The translations under genes and the position numbers were made by a program. From positions 10,867 through 74,866 of the IMG/VR virus record IMGVR_UViG_3300020440_000012: a stretch of 64,000 nt of DNA; one strand, given 5' to 3'. Positions 46,172 through 56,015 of this stretch are shown here, in pieces. Under the pieces are notes generated by a model that worked only from the letters and a program-made list of their open reading frames with translations, did no database searches and was not told the origin of the DNA. This DNA comes from a virus. Its lineage: Duplodnaviria; Caudoviricetes. Every line of letters begins with the position of its first letter. The first letter of the stretch is position 1.

Positions 46172-47377
46172 ATGTCTGAAAAACCTTTTGTAGCAGTAAA
46201 CTTTCCAGCGGATAACTCCGGCTGTTATTTTTATAGAATGTTAGCACCCAAACTTACGGTACAATCGGTGATAAACAATGTAACTTTTACAGAAACCAGT
46301 AGATTCATTGCCGATCCTGAATGGTTTCAAGATGTTAATCTATGTCACATGCAAAGACAGGTTAATGATCCTCAGTGTGATTATTATACAAGATTTATTG
46401 TTCCTTTAGGACAGAGAAACGGAATGTGGATTGTCTACAATGTAGACGATGCTGTTGGTATGGACGATATACCTAAATACAACTCTGCCTGGGAAGCTTA
46501 TCAAGATCCTAAGTTGATGCAGAACATCTCAACCATGATGCAACAGTCTGACTTTGTACTTGTTACTACAGACTATCTTAAAGACTATTATGTTAGAAAG
46601 TTTGGTGTAAAAGAAGACAATGTACTTGTAATACCTAATTATCTTCCTAAATGGTGGATGGGTCAGTATTATGATCTTGGTAAAATATTAGTAAATTATG
46701 ATAAGAATAAAAAGAAACCTAGATTAGGAATTATTGCAAGTAGTACACACTACGATCTACATGGTAAAAATAATTTTGTTGACGACTTTACCGAGATGAT
46801 TCCTTTTGTTAAGAAAACAGTTAACAAATATCAATGGGTATTTGTAGGTTGCATACCTAATGCACTACAAGATGAATTGAATGCAGGAAAGATAGAACTC
46901 GTAGGTGGTTCTAATATTATGAACTATCCAGATGTGATAGGTAACATAAATTGTCAAGCTATTATTCAACCTTTATTAAATAATGAATTTAACAGATGTA
47001 AATCTAATATTAAATTCTTAGAAGCTTGTGCAATCGGTACACCACTTATTGCTCAGAGAATAAACATATACGAACCTTACACCGATCTATTGTTTGACGA
47101 TATGGATGAACTACAGCAAAAGCTAGATATGGTTTTAGGTAGTAAAGATAAATTTAAATCTATCGTCAAGAAACAGAAAAAAGAACTAGATAGTGGTAGA
47201 AACGGTAGAGGTTGGTGGTTAGAAAACCCTGCAAATCTAGAAGACTGGGCACAGTTTTATCGATTAACTAAGAAATGTTTAAATGTAGATTTGAATATGA
47301 TTCTTCAACACGAACAACAAGAAAATCAACAGGAAGAACAGGAAGATATTGCAAAAGATTTGGAGATAATTAGATGA
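46172..47377 (+). CDS. GT-B (GT4-like) glycosyltransferase
   Basis: SGCYFYRM, VIPNYLP, QPLLNNEFNRCKSNIKFLEA...GTPLIA. Confidence 0.8.
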   Translation: MSEKPFVAVNFPADNSGCYFYRMLAPKLTVQSVINNVTFTETSRFIADPEWFQDVNLCHMQRQVNDPQCDYYTRFIVPLGQRNGMWIVYNVDDAVGMDDIPKYNSAWEAYQDPKLMQNISTMMQQSDFVLVTTDYLKDYYVRKFGVKEDNVLVIPNYLPKWWMGQYYDLGKILVNYDKNKKKPRLGIIASSTHYDLHGKNNFVDDFTEMIPFVKKTVNKYQWVFVGCIPNALQDELNAGKIELVGGSNIMNYPDVIGNINCQAIIQPLLNNEFNRCKSNIKFLEACAIGTPLIAQRINIYEPYTDLLFDDMDELQQKLDMVLGSKDKFKSIVKKQKKELDSGRNGRGWWLENPANLEDWAQFYRLTKKCLNVDLNMILQHEQQENQQEEQEDIAKDLEIIR

Positions 47378-48156
47378 TAACGGTTGCAGTTTTAAATTAT
47401 AAAAGACCTATTGAATGGCTAGAAGGTATTATATCTTCATCGCTGAAACAATCCGTATGTCAGATAACTCCAAATGTTATTATTTGTTCGGATGAATCTG
47501 AAGAAACCTTAAAAAAGAGTGACGTATTAAAAGATTTAGATTTTACTTACATCGAAAATACGGGTGAATCTATTGCAAATTCTAAGAATAAAATTATCGA
47601 AAAATCAATAGAGTTAGACACAGAAAAATTAATACTTATAGAGGATGATACAGTCATATCTGATGAATTTGATGATACTTTTGAAAAATACATAGATTTA
47701 ATGAATGATATGAACCTAGGTGTTATATTTAATTGTTATACTAAACCAGCTAATTATGTACTAACAAAACCGTCACCTAGACTATTACTGGGATATAAAG
47801 GACATGCAAAATCTGAAATGCTGACAACAAACAGGCATGAAATGTGTGACTTTATGATTATTGATGTTGTTAAGAATAAAGAACGATTCAACGAAGACTT
47901 GTGTATATTTGAATCAAGTGAATATATATTTAAATCACAAAAATCAGGACAGATACCTTTCTTAAATCAGTTCTTTGATATTCCAGACTCATGGGAGAAA
48001 ATTAGTGGAAGAGAGATTGACACTTCTAGAAATTGTGAAAATCATGTCGTTAATGAAGATAGACAGAAAATGGATAAAGTGGTAAATGGTGAGTGGAGTG
48101 TAAATAATGACCTAAATGACATTATTGAATATATACGAAAACAACTAGGAGTATAA
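47374..48156 (+). CDS. GT-A (GT2-like) glycosyltransferase
   Basis: SIANSKNKII, LILIEDD (DxD-like). Confidence 0.65.
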   Translation: MITVAVLNYKRPIEWLEGIISSSLKQSVCQITPNVIICSDESEETLKKSDVLKDLDFTYIENTGESIANSKNKIIEKSIELDTEKLILIEDDTVISDEFDDTFEKYIDLMNDMNLGVIFNCYTKPANYVLTKPSPRLLLGYKGHAKSEMLTTNRHEMCDFMIIDVVKNKERFNEDLCIFESSEYIFKSQKSGQIPFLNQFFDIPDSWEKISGREIDTSRNCENHVVNEDRQKMDKVVNGEWSVNNDLNDIIEYIRKQLGV

Positions 48157-48157
48157 A

Positions 48158-48340
48158 ATGAGTTATATAGCAAAAGGTACAGAAGTTTCTTATGATGAAA
48201 TCAAAATAGGTGAAACATTTATCAGAGATAATATAAGATGGGAAAAGACAAAAGATGGTGATGTTGAAATAGAACCAGTCTGTGTTGAAATCCCAGATAG
48301 TGGTAAAATTTTACTTGAAAATAAACTTCTAAATGGATAA
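48158..48340 (+). CDS. Small hypothetical protein
   Basis: 60 aa with a GGAG RBS. Confidence 0.55.
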   Translation: MSYIAKGTEVSYDEIKIGETFIRDNIRWEKTKDGDVEIEPVCVEIPDSGKILLENKLLNG

Positions 48341-48346
48341 AAAAAT

Positions 48347-48943
48347 ATGAGATTTGTAGAAGACGCACACAGAATAGGCTCAAGAGATGGTAAGTTTGAT
48401 CCTGAGAAAATTGAAGTTTCTCGTGATATTGTTGCACTAAGAAAAGATGAGATTCAAGAAGAAGTTCAACATAATGGCATTGTGATACCAACAAAAACCA
48501 TCGCAGGATTCAAAGGAGCAACAGGTACGATCATCGCACTAGGTGACGAAGCTAGAGAAGATTACGGACTTGAAATAGGTGATAGAGTAAAGTTCGATGA
48601 TGTTGGTGTTTTTTATGATACATATCCTATAGTAATTCTAAAGGCAGAAAATTGCATTGTTAAATGTGACCCAGAAGATAGTGATAGACATATACCTCTT
48701 AAGAATATGGTATTCTCTAGATCAATAGATTCTGTTCATAACCTTGGTACTGATAGTACAATCATCGTATCAGATAAACACAATCAAGCCGAAGTGGCCG
48801 AAGTGTTTGCGGTAGATAATGAAGATGTTGTAAAAGTTGGCGACAAGATATTAGTTATGGCGGATGGTGACAGAATAAACTCTAAAGACGGTGAATACTT
48901 CATCTATAAACAAGACGAGATACCAGCTATAATTGAAGACTAA
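48347..48943 (+). CDS. groES: Co-chaperonin with two tandem GroES domains
   Basis: NGIVIP...GTIIALG...LEIGDRVKF, then IPLKNMVF...AEVFAV...VKVGDKIL...YKQDEIPAIIE. Confidence 0.75.
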   Translation: MRFVEDAHRIGSRDGKFDPEKIEVSRDIVALRKDEIQEEVQHNGIVIPTKTIAGFKGATGTIIALGDEAREDYGLEIGDRVKFDDVGVFYDTYPIVILKAENCIVKCDPEDSDRHIPLKNMVFSRSIDSVHNLGTDSTIIVSDKHNQAEVAEVFAVDNEDVVKVGDKILVMADGDRINSKDGEYFIYKQDEIPAIIED

Positions 48944-48960
48944 TATCTGTATAATAAAGC

Positions 48961-51555
48961 ATGTACAGAAACATTTCATACGTCCAATCAAAAGACAAAC
49001 GCTCGGCTTTTATTGATATTTGGACCTGGGACGAATCGGGTAATAGAATTCATAAAAGAGTTCCACATAAGTCATTCGTAACCTATGAAGTTGATTATAA
49101 AACTGACTTGCAAAGTATTTATGGTACCTATCTGAAACGTAAGTTCTTTGAGACAACCTCTTCCAGGTATCAATGGATAAAAGATCATCCAGAGAAAAAG
49201 ATATACGAGTCTTCAATTCCCGAATTTGAGTATCTAAATTCTCATTATTCAGATACATATCAAGAGCCAGACTTTGCTAAACATGATTTGAGAGTTCATT
49301 ACATCGACATCGAGATTGCGATTGAAGATGAGTTTCCAGAAACAGATAAGGTGGACTATCCTATCAATCTTATTACTGTCTATGATAGTGACCATAGTAA
49401 ATATTTCACATGGGCGTTAGGTGACTGTAAAGCACATAGAGATGACATTCAGTTATTCACATTTGATAGTGAAGTAAAACTACTTAATCACTATCTTAGT
49501 TGGCACGGAAGAAACTATCCTGATGTAATCACAACATGGAACGGAAAGTTGTTCGACATACCTTATATGTGTGGTCGAATCAAACGAGTTCTAGGCGAAG
49601 ATGCTATGAAGAGTATGTCACCTGTCAATCGTGTAAAGCAACATAAAGACCGAGTAACAGGTGAGCCTCTTTTCGTTATAGACGGTATCACAAACTGGGA
49701 TTATTATATTTTATATAAGAATAAGTTTCTTAAGAAGTCAAAAGGCTCTTATAGTTTAGGTAATGTAGGTGACTATGTTCTAGGTATCAGCAAGATCGAG
49801 TATGAAGGTTCTATGAAAGACCTATACAAAAAAGACTTTCAGAAGTTTTTTGAGTATAACATACGAGATGTAGAGATACTTGTTCTATTGGAAGAAAAAG
49901 AGCAACTACTAAAATTATCTAGAAGTATCTGTAACATGTCACTTGCACCTTATGAAAAGATATATGCGTCTATACCTTATATCATCAACTGTCTGTCTTT
50001 ATATACATACAATACTACAGGTAAGATTTTTCCAAAAGTAACCCAGTCTGTAAAAGATTCACATAGATTTGAAGGTGCCTTCGTGTTTCCCACAGTTCCT
50101 GGCTTCTTTAAGAATGGTGTTGCTGTTATTGACTTGAACTCTCTGTATCCTAATACACTGATTGCAGGCAATATGTCACCAGAAACAAAAGTAGGTACAT
50201 ACGATAAGATTAGTGATAATGAGTATTCAGTACACACAACTAAAGGTGTTACAAAGCATTTAAACAAACAACAATTTGATGCATTACTTAAGACAAAATG
50301 TATCAATACAGATAACAAGACTCTGTTTCTAAAGCATGAAGTTAGAGAGGGTATTGTTCCTACATTCTGTAAAAAGATGTATGCCGATAGAAAGAAGTTT
50401 CAAAAGAAGATGAATGATGTCATTCGTCAAATAAACAAAACTAAAGATGAGACTGATCCTAATCCCGACATAATCAAGGAGTTAGAGAATGAAAGAGATA
50501 GATATAACTTCATTCAGTATACCTGGAAGATATTCTTAAACTCTATTTATGGTATGTTTGGTACAGAGTTTAGTCCCATCTATGACATTGACATTGCACA
50601 ATCTATTACACTCAATGGCCAGTTTGTTATCAAAGCTATACCTGAATTTGTTGTTGAACACATGAAAGACAAATATTCAGCAGAAGGTGACATTGTGCTG
50701 TTCGGTGATACAGACTCTATCGGTATCGACTATGAATCCGCTGTTACTAAGTATTGTAGTGAAAATCAGAAAGATATTAATGATCTTTCTAGACATGATA
50801 TTAGAATGATAACAAAAGACCTTGATGAGTTTGTTAACAAAGACATCAACGAACATTGTGCTAAAATCGTAAACGAAAGATTCAATACAACACAAGGTGA
50901 CAACATTGCATTCTCACGAGAGAAGTTTTGTATGGAAGCCATGTTCTTTTCTAAGAAACACTATATATTACATATTGTAGATAAAGATGGTCACAAAACA
51001 GATGAGTTTGATTATAAAGGTGTGGATATAGCTAAGAACGAGTTAGCACCCGTTGTAAAAACTTTTCTCAAATCTATCTTCGAGAAAATATGTCGTGAGA
51101 GATGGAGTCAAGATAGATTCAATCAAGAACTTGAACAAGTATGGAATGAGTATAAGAATTTACCCTTTGAGGAGATTAAGAGAAACACCGGTTGGAACAC
51201 TAACAAAAAGTCAACTGGCTTCTTAAAGGTGGAAGCAAAAACAGGCACACATGTAAAGGCCGCACATTATTACAATCAGATGATTGAACACTTAGGTGTG
51301 AAAGGTAAATACGAAGAGTTAAAAGTAGGTGATGATGTTCAATGGTGCTACATCAATCAAGATAACCCTTTTAACATAGAAGTTATTGGTTACAAAGATA
51401 TATATCCAAAAGAGTTCAACGACATATTTCAAGTAGATTATAATCTAAAGTTTGAAAAAGATATTGTGAAACCTCTTCAACACTTATGTGATATTATGCA
51501 TTGGATACCTTTTAATCCAAACGAACAGACTGCACAAAATATATTTGATTTGTAG
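48961..51555 (+). CDS. gp43: Family B DNA polymerase
   Basis: Exonuclease DIE, YNIRDV, DLNSLYP, KIFLNSIYG, GDTDS, KKHY. Confidence 0.97.
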   Translation: MYRNISYVQSKDKRSAFIDIWTWDESGNRIHKRVPHKSFVTYEVDYKTDLQSIYGTYLKRKFFETTSSRYQWIKDHPEKKIYESSIPEFEYLNSHYSDTYQEPDFAKHDLRVHYIDIEIAIEDEFPETDKVDYPINLITVYDSDHSKYFTWALGDCKAHRDDIQLFTFDSEVKLLNHYLSWHGRNYPDVITTWNGKLFDIPYMCGRIKRVLGEDAMKSMSPVNRVKQHKDRVTGEPLFVIDGITNWDYYILYKNKFLKKSKGSYSLGNVGDYVLGISKIEYEGSMKDLYKKDFQKFFEYNIRDVEILVLLEEKEQLLKLSRSICNMSLAPYEKIYASIPYIINCLSLYTYNTTGKIFPKVTQSVKDSHRFEGAFVFPTVPGFFKNGVAVIDLNSLYPNTLIAGNMSPETKVGTYDKISDNEYSVHTTKGVTKHLNKQQFDALLKTKCINTDNKTLFLKHEVREGIVPTFCKKMYADRKKFQKKMNDVIRQINKTKDETDPNPDIIKELENERDRYNFIQYTWKIFLNSIYGMFGTEFSPIYDIDIAQSITLNGQFVIKAIPEFVVEHMKDKYSAEGDIVLFGDTDSIGIDYESAVTKYCSENQKDINDLSRHDIRMITKDLDEFVNKDINEHCAKIVNERFNTTQGDNIAFSREKFCMEAMFFSKKHYILHIVDKDGHKTDEFDYKGVDIAKNELAPVVKTFLKSIFEKICRERWSQDRFNQELEQVWNEYKNLPFEEIKRNTGWNTNKKSTGFLKVEAKTGTHVKAAHYYNQMIEHLGVKGKYEELKVGDDVQWCYINQDNPFNIEVIGYKDIYPKEFNDIFQVDYNLKFEKDIVKPLQHLCDIMHWIPFNPNEQTAQNIFDL

Positions 51556-51583
51556 TAAATACAAGAGACTATAGGAGATTACA

Positions 51584-53257
51584 ATGGCCATATTTGATAG
51601 GTTTAGAAGAAACAAAGACATCAACCCATCTGCTGATGTTATGAACAATGTTCAAAATATTGACCCTGATGAGGGTTATGAAGTAACAAAGGTACGAGAA
51701 GAAGATCAAAGAATTAGCACAACATTGGCATATCCAAGTAATGATTCTATTCATCAATTCTTGGCCGCACCGGTGGCATCTGATAAGTTTAAGAGATTAA
51801 ATGAATACAGAGCGATGTCAAATCATGTGGAAGTTTCCGATGCTATTGATGAGGTTTGTGACTCCGTGTATTCAGTAGATGAATTAGGTAACTTCTTAAA
51901 TCTTGATATAAAAAACGATAAGAAATTTACCGACAGACAAAGAAAAATTTTGGCCGATGAATTTAAAAAGTTTGTAGACCTCTATGATTTCGAAAAGAAT
52001 ATCTTCAACTACGCTAGAACATTTGTTGTAGAAGGTGAACTAGCATTTGAAAATGTCATTGATCCTAAAAGTCCAGAAAAGGGTATCCTGTCAGTAAAAC
52101 TTCTTGATAACTCAAAATACGAATTATTAAAAGACCTGACAACATATGAAATTATTGGTATATTCTTTGATATATCTCCTACAGAAGCCGAAACTGTACT
52201 ACACACAAACTATGGAACTTCTTATAGCTATTTCAATGAAATAGACAGACACTCAAACTCTCTTTCGTATAGCAATGCATTTGCTGATGATAAGAAAGTA
52301 CCTTTACTTTTCAGTCAAGTTACATACATTAATTCAGGTGTGTTTGATGTTAATAGAACATATCCAGTTCCACCCCTTGATAAAGCTAGACAAGCCTATA
52401 GACAATTAATATTAATTGAAGATGGTGTTTTAATTTATCGTGTAGCAAGATCACCTGAAAGATTAGTATTCAATATTGCATCTGGTAATACAAGTGGTCA
52501 AAAAGCACAACAGCAACTACTTCAAATGGTCAAAAGATTTAATCAAAGAAAGACAACTAAAACTTCATCGGGTGAGAGGGGTATCACAAATGAATATGAT
52601 CCTCATCAGGTTGTAGAATCTTACTGGTTCTTAAAGCCGGACGGAACAGAAGGTTCTAGTGTGGAAAGTATTGGTGGAAGTTCAGATTTTGGTGAATTAG
52701 AAGACTTGAAGTTCTTTACTAGAAAACTATACAGATCACTAAAAGTTCCTTTCAGTCGCTTCGAACAACCAGAAAATACTATTAGTCAAGGTGAAGACAT
52801 CACATATGAAGAATATAAGTTTGCTAAATTTGTTAAGAGACTACAACAACAGATTGCTTCTGGTATCAATGAGTCATTTAGAACACACTTAAAACTTAAG
52901 AAGCTATGGGAGCAATACAAAATTTCAAATAGAGACTTGGATGTTATAGCAACTCCACCAGCTTTATATGAACTATATCAAACCGCAAAACTGAACGAAC
53001 TAAAAATGGAAGCATATAGCAGTATAGCCGATAATGATAAGTTCTCATATACATTAGCAATGAAAAAGATACTTAATATGTCCGAAGATGAGATCGAAGA
53101 GAACGACAGAATGCTTGATATAGAATCTGAAAAACAAGCAGTTCGTGAATACTGGGCAGAAAAAGTATCTGAATATGGCTCAAGAGAAAAGGCTGAGAAA
53201 GCCATTGCTCAAGAAGAACAAGAAGACTCTGAAGAAGACGACTCACCTTTCGGCTAA
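51584..53257 (+). CDS. gp20: Portal protein
   Basis: EVSDAIDE, LDKARQAYRQLILIEDGVLIYRVARSPERLVF, LYRSLKVP, KFAKFV. Confidence 0.96.
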   Translation: MAIFDRFRRNKDINPSADVMNNVQNIDPDEGYEVTKVREEDQRISTTLAYPSNDSIHQFLAAPVASDKFKRLNEYRAMSNHVEVSDAIDEVCDSVYSVDELGNFLNLDIKNDKKFTDRQRKILADEFKKFVDLYDFEKNIFNYARTFVVEGELAFENVIDPKSPEKGILSVKLLDNSKYELLKDLTTYEIIGIFFDISPTEAETVLHTNYGTSYSYFNEIDRHSNSLSYSNAFADDKKVPLLFSQVTYINSGVFDVNRTYPVPPLDKARQAYRQLILIEDGVLIYRVARSPERLVFNIASGNTSGQKAQQQLLQMVKRFNQRKTTKTSSGERGITNEYDPHQVVESYWFLKPDGTEGSSVESIGGSSDFGELEDLKFFTRKLYRSLKVPFSRFEQPENTISQGEDITYEEYKFAKFVKRLQQQIASGINESFRTHLKLKKLWEQYKISNRDLDVIATPPALYELYQTAKLNELKMEAYSSIADNDKFSYTLAMKKILNMSEDEIEENDRMLDIESEKQAVREYWAEKVSEYGSREKAEKAIAQEEQEDSEEDDSPFG

Positions 53258-53268
53258 TATAAAAAAAA

Positions 53269-53295
53269 GAGCAGTTTAACGTCATGCTCAGGACT
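53269..53295 (-). ncRNA. Candidate H-type pseudoknot/terminator motif, copy 2
   Basis: Minus strand A-GTC-CT-GAGCA-T-GAC-GTTAAAC-TGCTC followed by T8. Confidence 0.5.
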
Positions 53296-53346
53296 GCAAT
53301 TTAGTTTATACTCCAACGCAAATGCTAGAGTGATGATTGAGAAAAA

Positions 53347-53661
53347 TTAGTCGGCATAAAAAGGTGAATCAGATGCGGTAATATTCGCAAAGTATTCATA
53401 CACGATTTGTGAACTTATGTAACTATCAGTTTTAACAACAGGCATTTTATCGTCATGATAATGTCTACCATATTTAAATATGTCACTTGTTATTTTTCGT
53501 CCAAAAGCTGATGTCAATTCATCATGTCTCAAAGTAGGTATACCATCTTGAAAAGGATATACATCTTTAATCTTTTCTATTTTACTTTCAACATAAGCCT
53601 TTGTCATTCTTACGGCATAAGACCAAGGTTTAAATTTAACATTCATTGATATTTCATTCAT
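53347..53661 (-). CDS. Hypothetical early protein
   Basis: 104-aa ORF antisense to the head operon. Confidence 0.6.
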   Translation of the reverse strand: MNEISMNVKFKPWSYAVRMTKAYVESKIEKIKDVYPFQDGIPTLRHDELTSAFGRKITSDIFKYGRHYHDDKMPVVKTDSYISSQIVYEYFANITASDSPFYAD

Positions 53662-53675
53662 ATTTTTTTTATCTC

Positions 53676-53912
53676 TTATTTAATTTTGATTGTTTTTTGA
53701 TAACCTGTTAGCTGAACAATGGCATACACACCCTTTCCGCTACCATTTACCCAACCACCCTCAAAATTCGGATTATCTGTTTTCATTAGCTGGACACCTT
53801 CTGCCAGTGGAATTCTTTCATAAAAACCCATCTCTGAATTATATACAAAATCGGTATCCTTTAATTTTGCTCTTGCTAATTTTTTCAATTTGATTTTATC
53901 GTTTGTTGTCAT
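53676..53912 (-). CDS. Hypothetical early protein
   Basis: ATG at 53912, downstream of the promoter at 53943-53970. Confidence 0.6.
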   Translation of the reverse strand: MTTNDKIKLKKLARAKLKDTDFVYNSEMGFYERIPLAEGVQLMKTDNPNFEGGWVNGSGKGVYAIVQLTGYQKTIKIK

Positions 53913-53942
53913 ATTTTTTACCTTTCTCAATCATCTAAAGGT

Positions 53943-53970
53943 AGTATATAAAATACCGAGGAAAAGTCAA
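53943..53970 (-). promoter_or_regulatory. Sigma70-type early promoter
   Basis: TTGACT-16 nt-TATACT. Confidence 0.65.
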
Positions 53971-53979
53971 GTGTAAAGA

Positions 53980-54102
53980 TTAATCACCTACATGTAATTT
54001 TTCAATAATTTCCTTAATTTCTTCCCAACTTTTATCTTTTAAAGGCTCTGCCTTCTTCTCAATCATTTTCATCGTCTCTTCTGATAAACCAATTACTTTC
54101 AT
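53980..54102 (-). CDS. 40-aa hypothetical protein
   Basis: Not in the ORF track: MKVIGLSEETMKMIEKKAEPLKDKSWEEIKEIIEKLHVGD; GAGG RBS. Confidence 0.55.
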   Translation of the reverse strand: MKVIGLSEETMKMIEKKAEPLKDKSWEEIKEIIEKLHVGD

Positions 54103-54124
54103 AGTAACCTCACTTTCTGTATAT

Positions 54125-54153
54125 AATATAAGCTATTATGGAGGAAAAATCAA
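54125..54153 (-). promoter_or_regulatory. Sigma70-type early promoter
   Basis: TTGATT-17 nt-TATTAT; shares TTGAYTTTTCCTC with the promoter at 53943-53970. Confidence 0.6.
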
Positions 54154-54194
54154 GCATTATTTTGTAAATAAGTACATAAATCAGGAGACAAAAT

Positions 54195-54875
54195 ATGCAA
54201 GCACTTAAACTCATTACTGAAAACGATTTCTGGGGAGAGTACGAAGTAATTAAAGAGAATGTCGAAGGTAAGCCTCGTCAGATCAAACTTCGTGGTCCGT
54301 TCATGCAAGCTGAAAAAGAAAACATGAACAAAAGGAAGTACCCCTACGAAGAGATGCTAAAAGAAGCTAATCGATTTAACAGAGAATTTATTGAGACAGG
54401 TAGAGCATTAGGTGAACTGGAACATCCTGATTATGCATACATCAATTCCGAGCGTGCCGCACAGCGAATTATATCACTAAGTGAAGGTGATAATAAGACT
54501 TGGATCGGTGAATCAATCATATTAGCAACAGACTCCGAACATAATATCAAAGGAACTCCTTTAGGAGACATCACTGCATCACTCATTCAGTATGGAACAA
54601 AACTAGGACAATCAACAAGAGGTGTTGGTAGACTAGAAGATGGTGTTGTTAAAGGATACAAACTATCAACAGTTGATGTTGTTTCTGACCCTTCGATAGG
54701 TGAATATGTTGAAGGTATTCTTGAATCTAAAGATTTCATGATTGACACACATGGTGTAGTAACAGAAATGTGTTATGACAGACTAACAAAACAAATGAAT
54801 CAGCTACCTAATCATGAAAAATCAGAATACATTGGTAATGCTATCAAAGAATTTATTAATAATATAACAGCTTAA
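54195..54875 (+). CDS. gp21: Prohead protease
   Basis: GPFMQAE...NKRKYP, RALGELEHP, TPLG, STRGVG, DVVSDPS. Confidence 0.96.
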   Translation: MQALKLITENDFWGEYEVIKENVEGKPRQIKLRGPFMQAEKENMNKRKYPYEEMLKEANRFNREFIETGRALGELEHPDYAYINSERAAQRIISLSEGDNKTWIGESIILATDSEHNIKGTPLGDITASLIQYGTKLGQSTRGVGRLEDGVVKGYKLSTVDVVSDPSIGEYVEGILESKDFMIDTHGVVTEMCYDRLTKQMNQLPNHEKSEYIGNAIKEFINNITA

Positions 54876-54987
54876 AATAGAAAATACAAATATGAATCGA
54901 ATTACAAAAATAAGCTATTTTTTTGTAACTTTTTTGTGTCTATTTGTATAAATAGTCAATAGCGGTATCAGCTAGGAGATAAAAAAA

Positions 54988-55128
54988 ATGGCAGAAGCAA
55001 CAGAGAGTCTTTACAAAGCAATCACTAAAGGTGATTTTTCCACAGCAAACACAATTCTAGCAAGCATATTACGAGACAAGACAGTAGACCGAATATCATC
55101 AATTTTAAATACACAGGAGGCAAAATAA
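54988..55128 (+). CDS. Small prohead core protein, gp67-like
   Basis: Not in the ORF track: 46 aa MAEATESLYKAITKGDFSTANTILASILRDKTVDRISSILNTQEAK, after TATAAATA and an AGGAG RBS, overlapping the gp22 start. Confidence 0.6.
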   Translation: MAEATESLYKAITKGDFSTANTILASILRDKTVDRISSILNTQEAK

Positions 55129-55985
55129 TGAAAGAGATTATTGAACAGTTTGTAAGCAAACTGAACGAAGATGGAATCCTTTCCGAGGACCAAATAAAAG
55201 AGTTTGAAAGCTTTGGTTCTCAAATTCAAGCAACAATACAAGAAAAAGTAGAAGCTGAGAAGGAAAAAGCTCTTTCAGAAATCAAGAAAGAAGCGGAAGT
55301 TAAGATTTCTGAGTCAGAAGCACATCATGCCGAAGAACTTAAAAAAATCGAAGAAACTTTTGATTCAGTTGTTGAAAAGATGAATGAAGTTAAGGCTAAA
55401 GAGATTAAGCTTGCACTTTATAACTATCGAAACAATGAAACATTAACTTTCAAAGAAGAGAAGGTTGTAGAAGGAATCGACAAATACTTATCAACTGTCG
55501 TTGAAGAGCATCTTCCAGAACAACCAGTTGTTGATTATGCTAAACTCGATAGACTAGAAAAGACTTTTGAATCAATGCGTGATACCCTCCTTATCAGCAG
55601 TGACGAAGTACAGTCCAAGGTCGATAGCATTCTTGAAGATGTTCAAGAAGAATTGGTACAGAAGTCTGATATGCTTAATGAAGCTATTAAGAGAAACATT
55701 GAGTATAAATCACAGATTGATCACATTGAAGCAAAAAATACATTATCTGAAAAAGTTTCTGATCTTCCAGAATTTGAAAGAAGAAAACTTGAGAAAGTAT
55801 TCAAAGAATCTACTGTGGACGAGATTAATGAATCGTTTGAGGCGGAACTTGAAAAAATTCAATCAGAAGAATTTGAAGGAGAAGAAACCGAAACTGCTAC
55901 GATTGTAAAAGAGGAAGTAGTGCAAGAGCAGAGCGAACTTGATATGTACGCTGAACTTGCCGAAAGATTTCTTCCAAAGAAATAA
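55128..55985 (+). CDS. gp22: Prohead scaffold protein
   Basis: Acidic coiled coil between gp21 and gp23; IDKYLSTVVEE. Confidence 0.9.
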   Translation: MKEIIEQFVSKLNEDGILSEDQIKEFESFGSQIQATIQEKVEAEKEKALSEIKKEAEVKISESEAHHAEELKKIEETFDSVVEKMNEVKAKEIKLALYNYRNNETLTFKEEKVVEGIDKYLSTVVEEHLPEQPVVDYAKLDRLEKTFESMRDTLLISSDEVQSKVDSILEDVQEELVQKSDMLNEAIKRNIEYKSQIDHIEAKNTLSEKVSDLPEFERRKLEKVFKESTVDEINESFEAELEKIQSEEFEGEETETATIVKEEVVQEQSELDMYAELAERFLPKK

Positions 55986-56015
55986 TTTTAAAAAACAAAC
56001 AAGGAGAAACTAACT

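Noticed and set aside
37301-51555. Introns or inteins in nrdA, nrdB or the DNA polymerase
   Set aside because: The ORFs are continuous, of normal or short length, and lack intein or homing-endonuclease motifs.
53269-53297. Hammerhead ribozyme or known riboswitch for the pseudoknot motif
   Set aside because: It contains GUC and CUGAG but lacks the CUGANGA/GAAA three-way junction, and it lies 3' of genes rather than in leaders.
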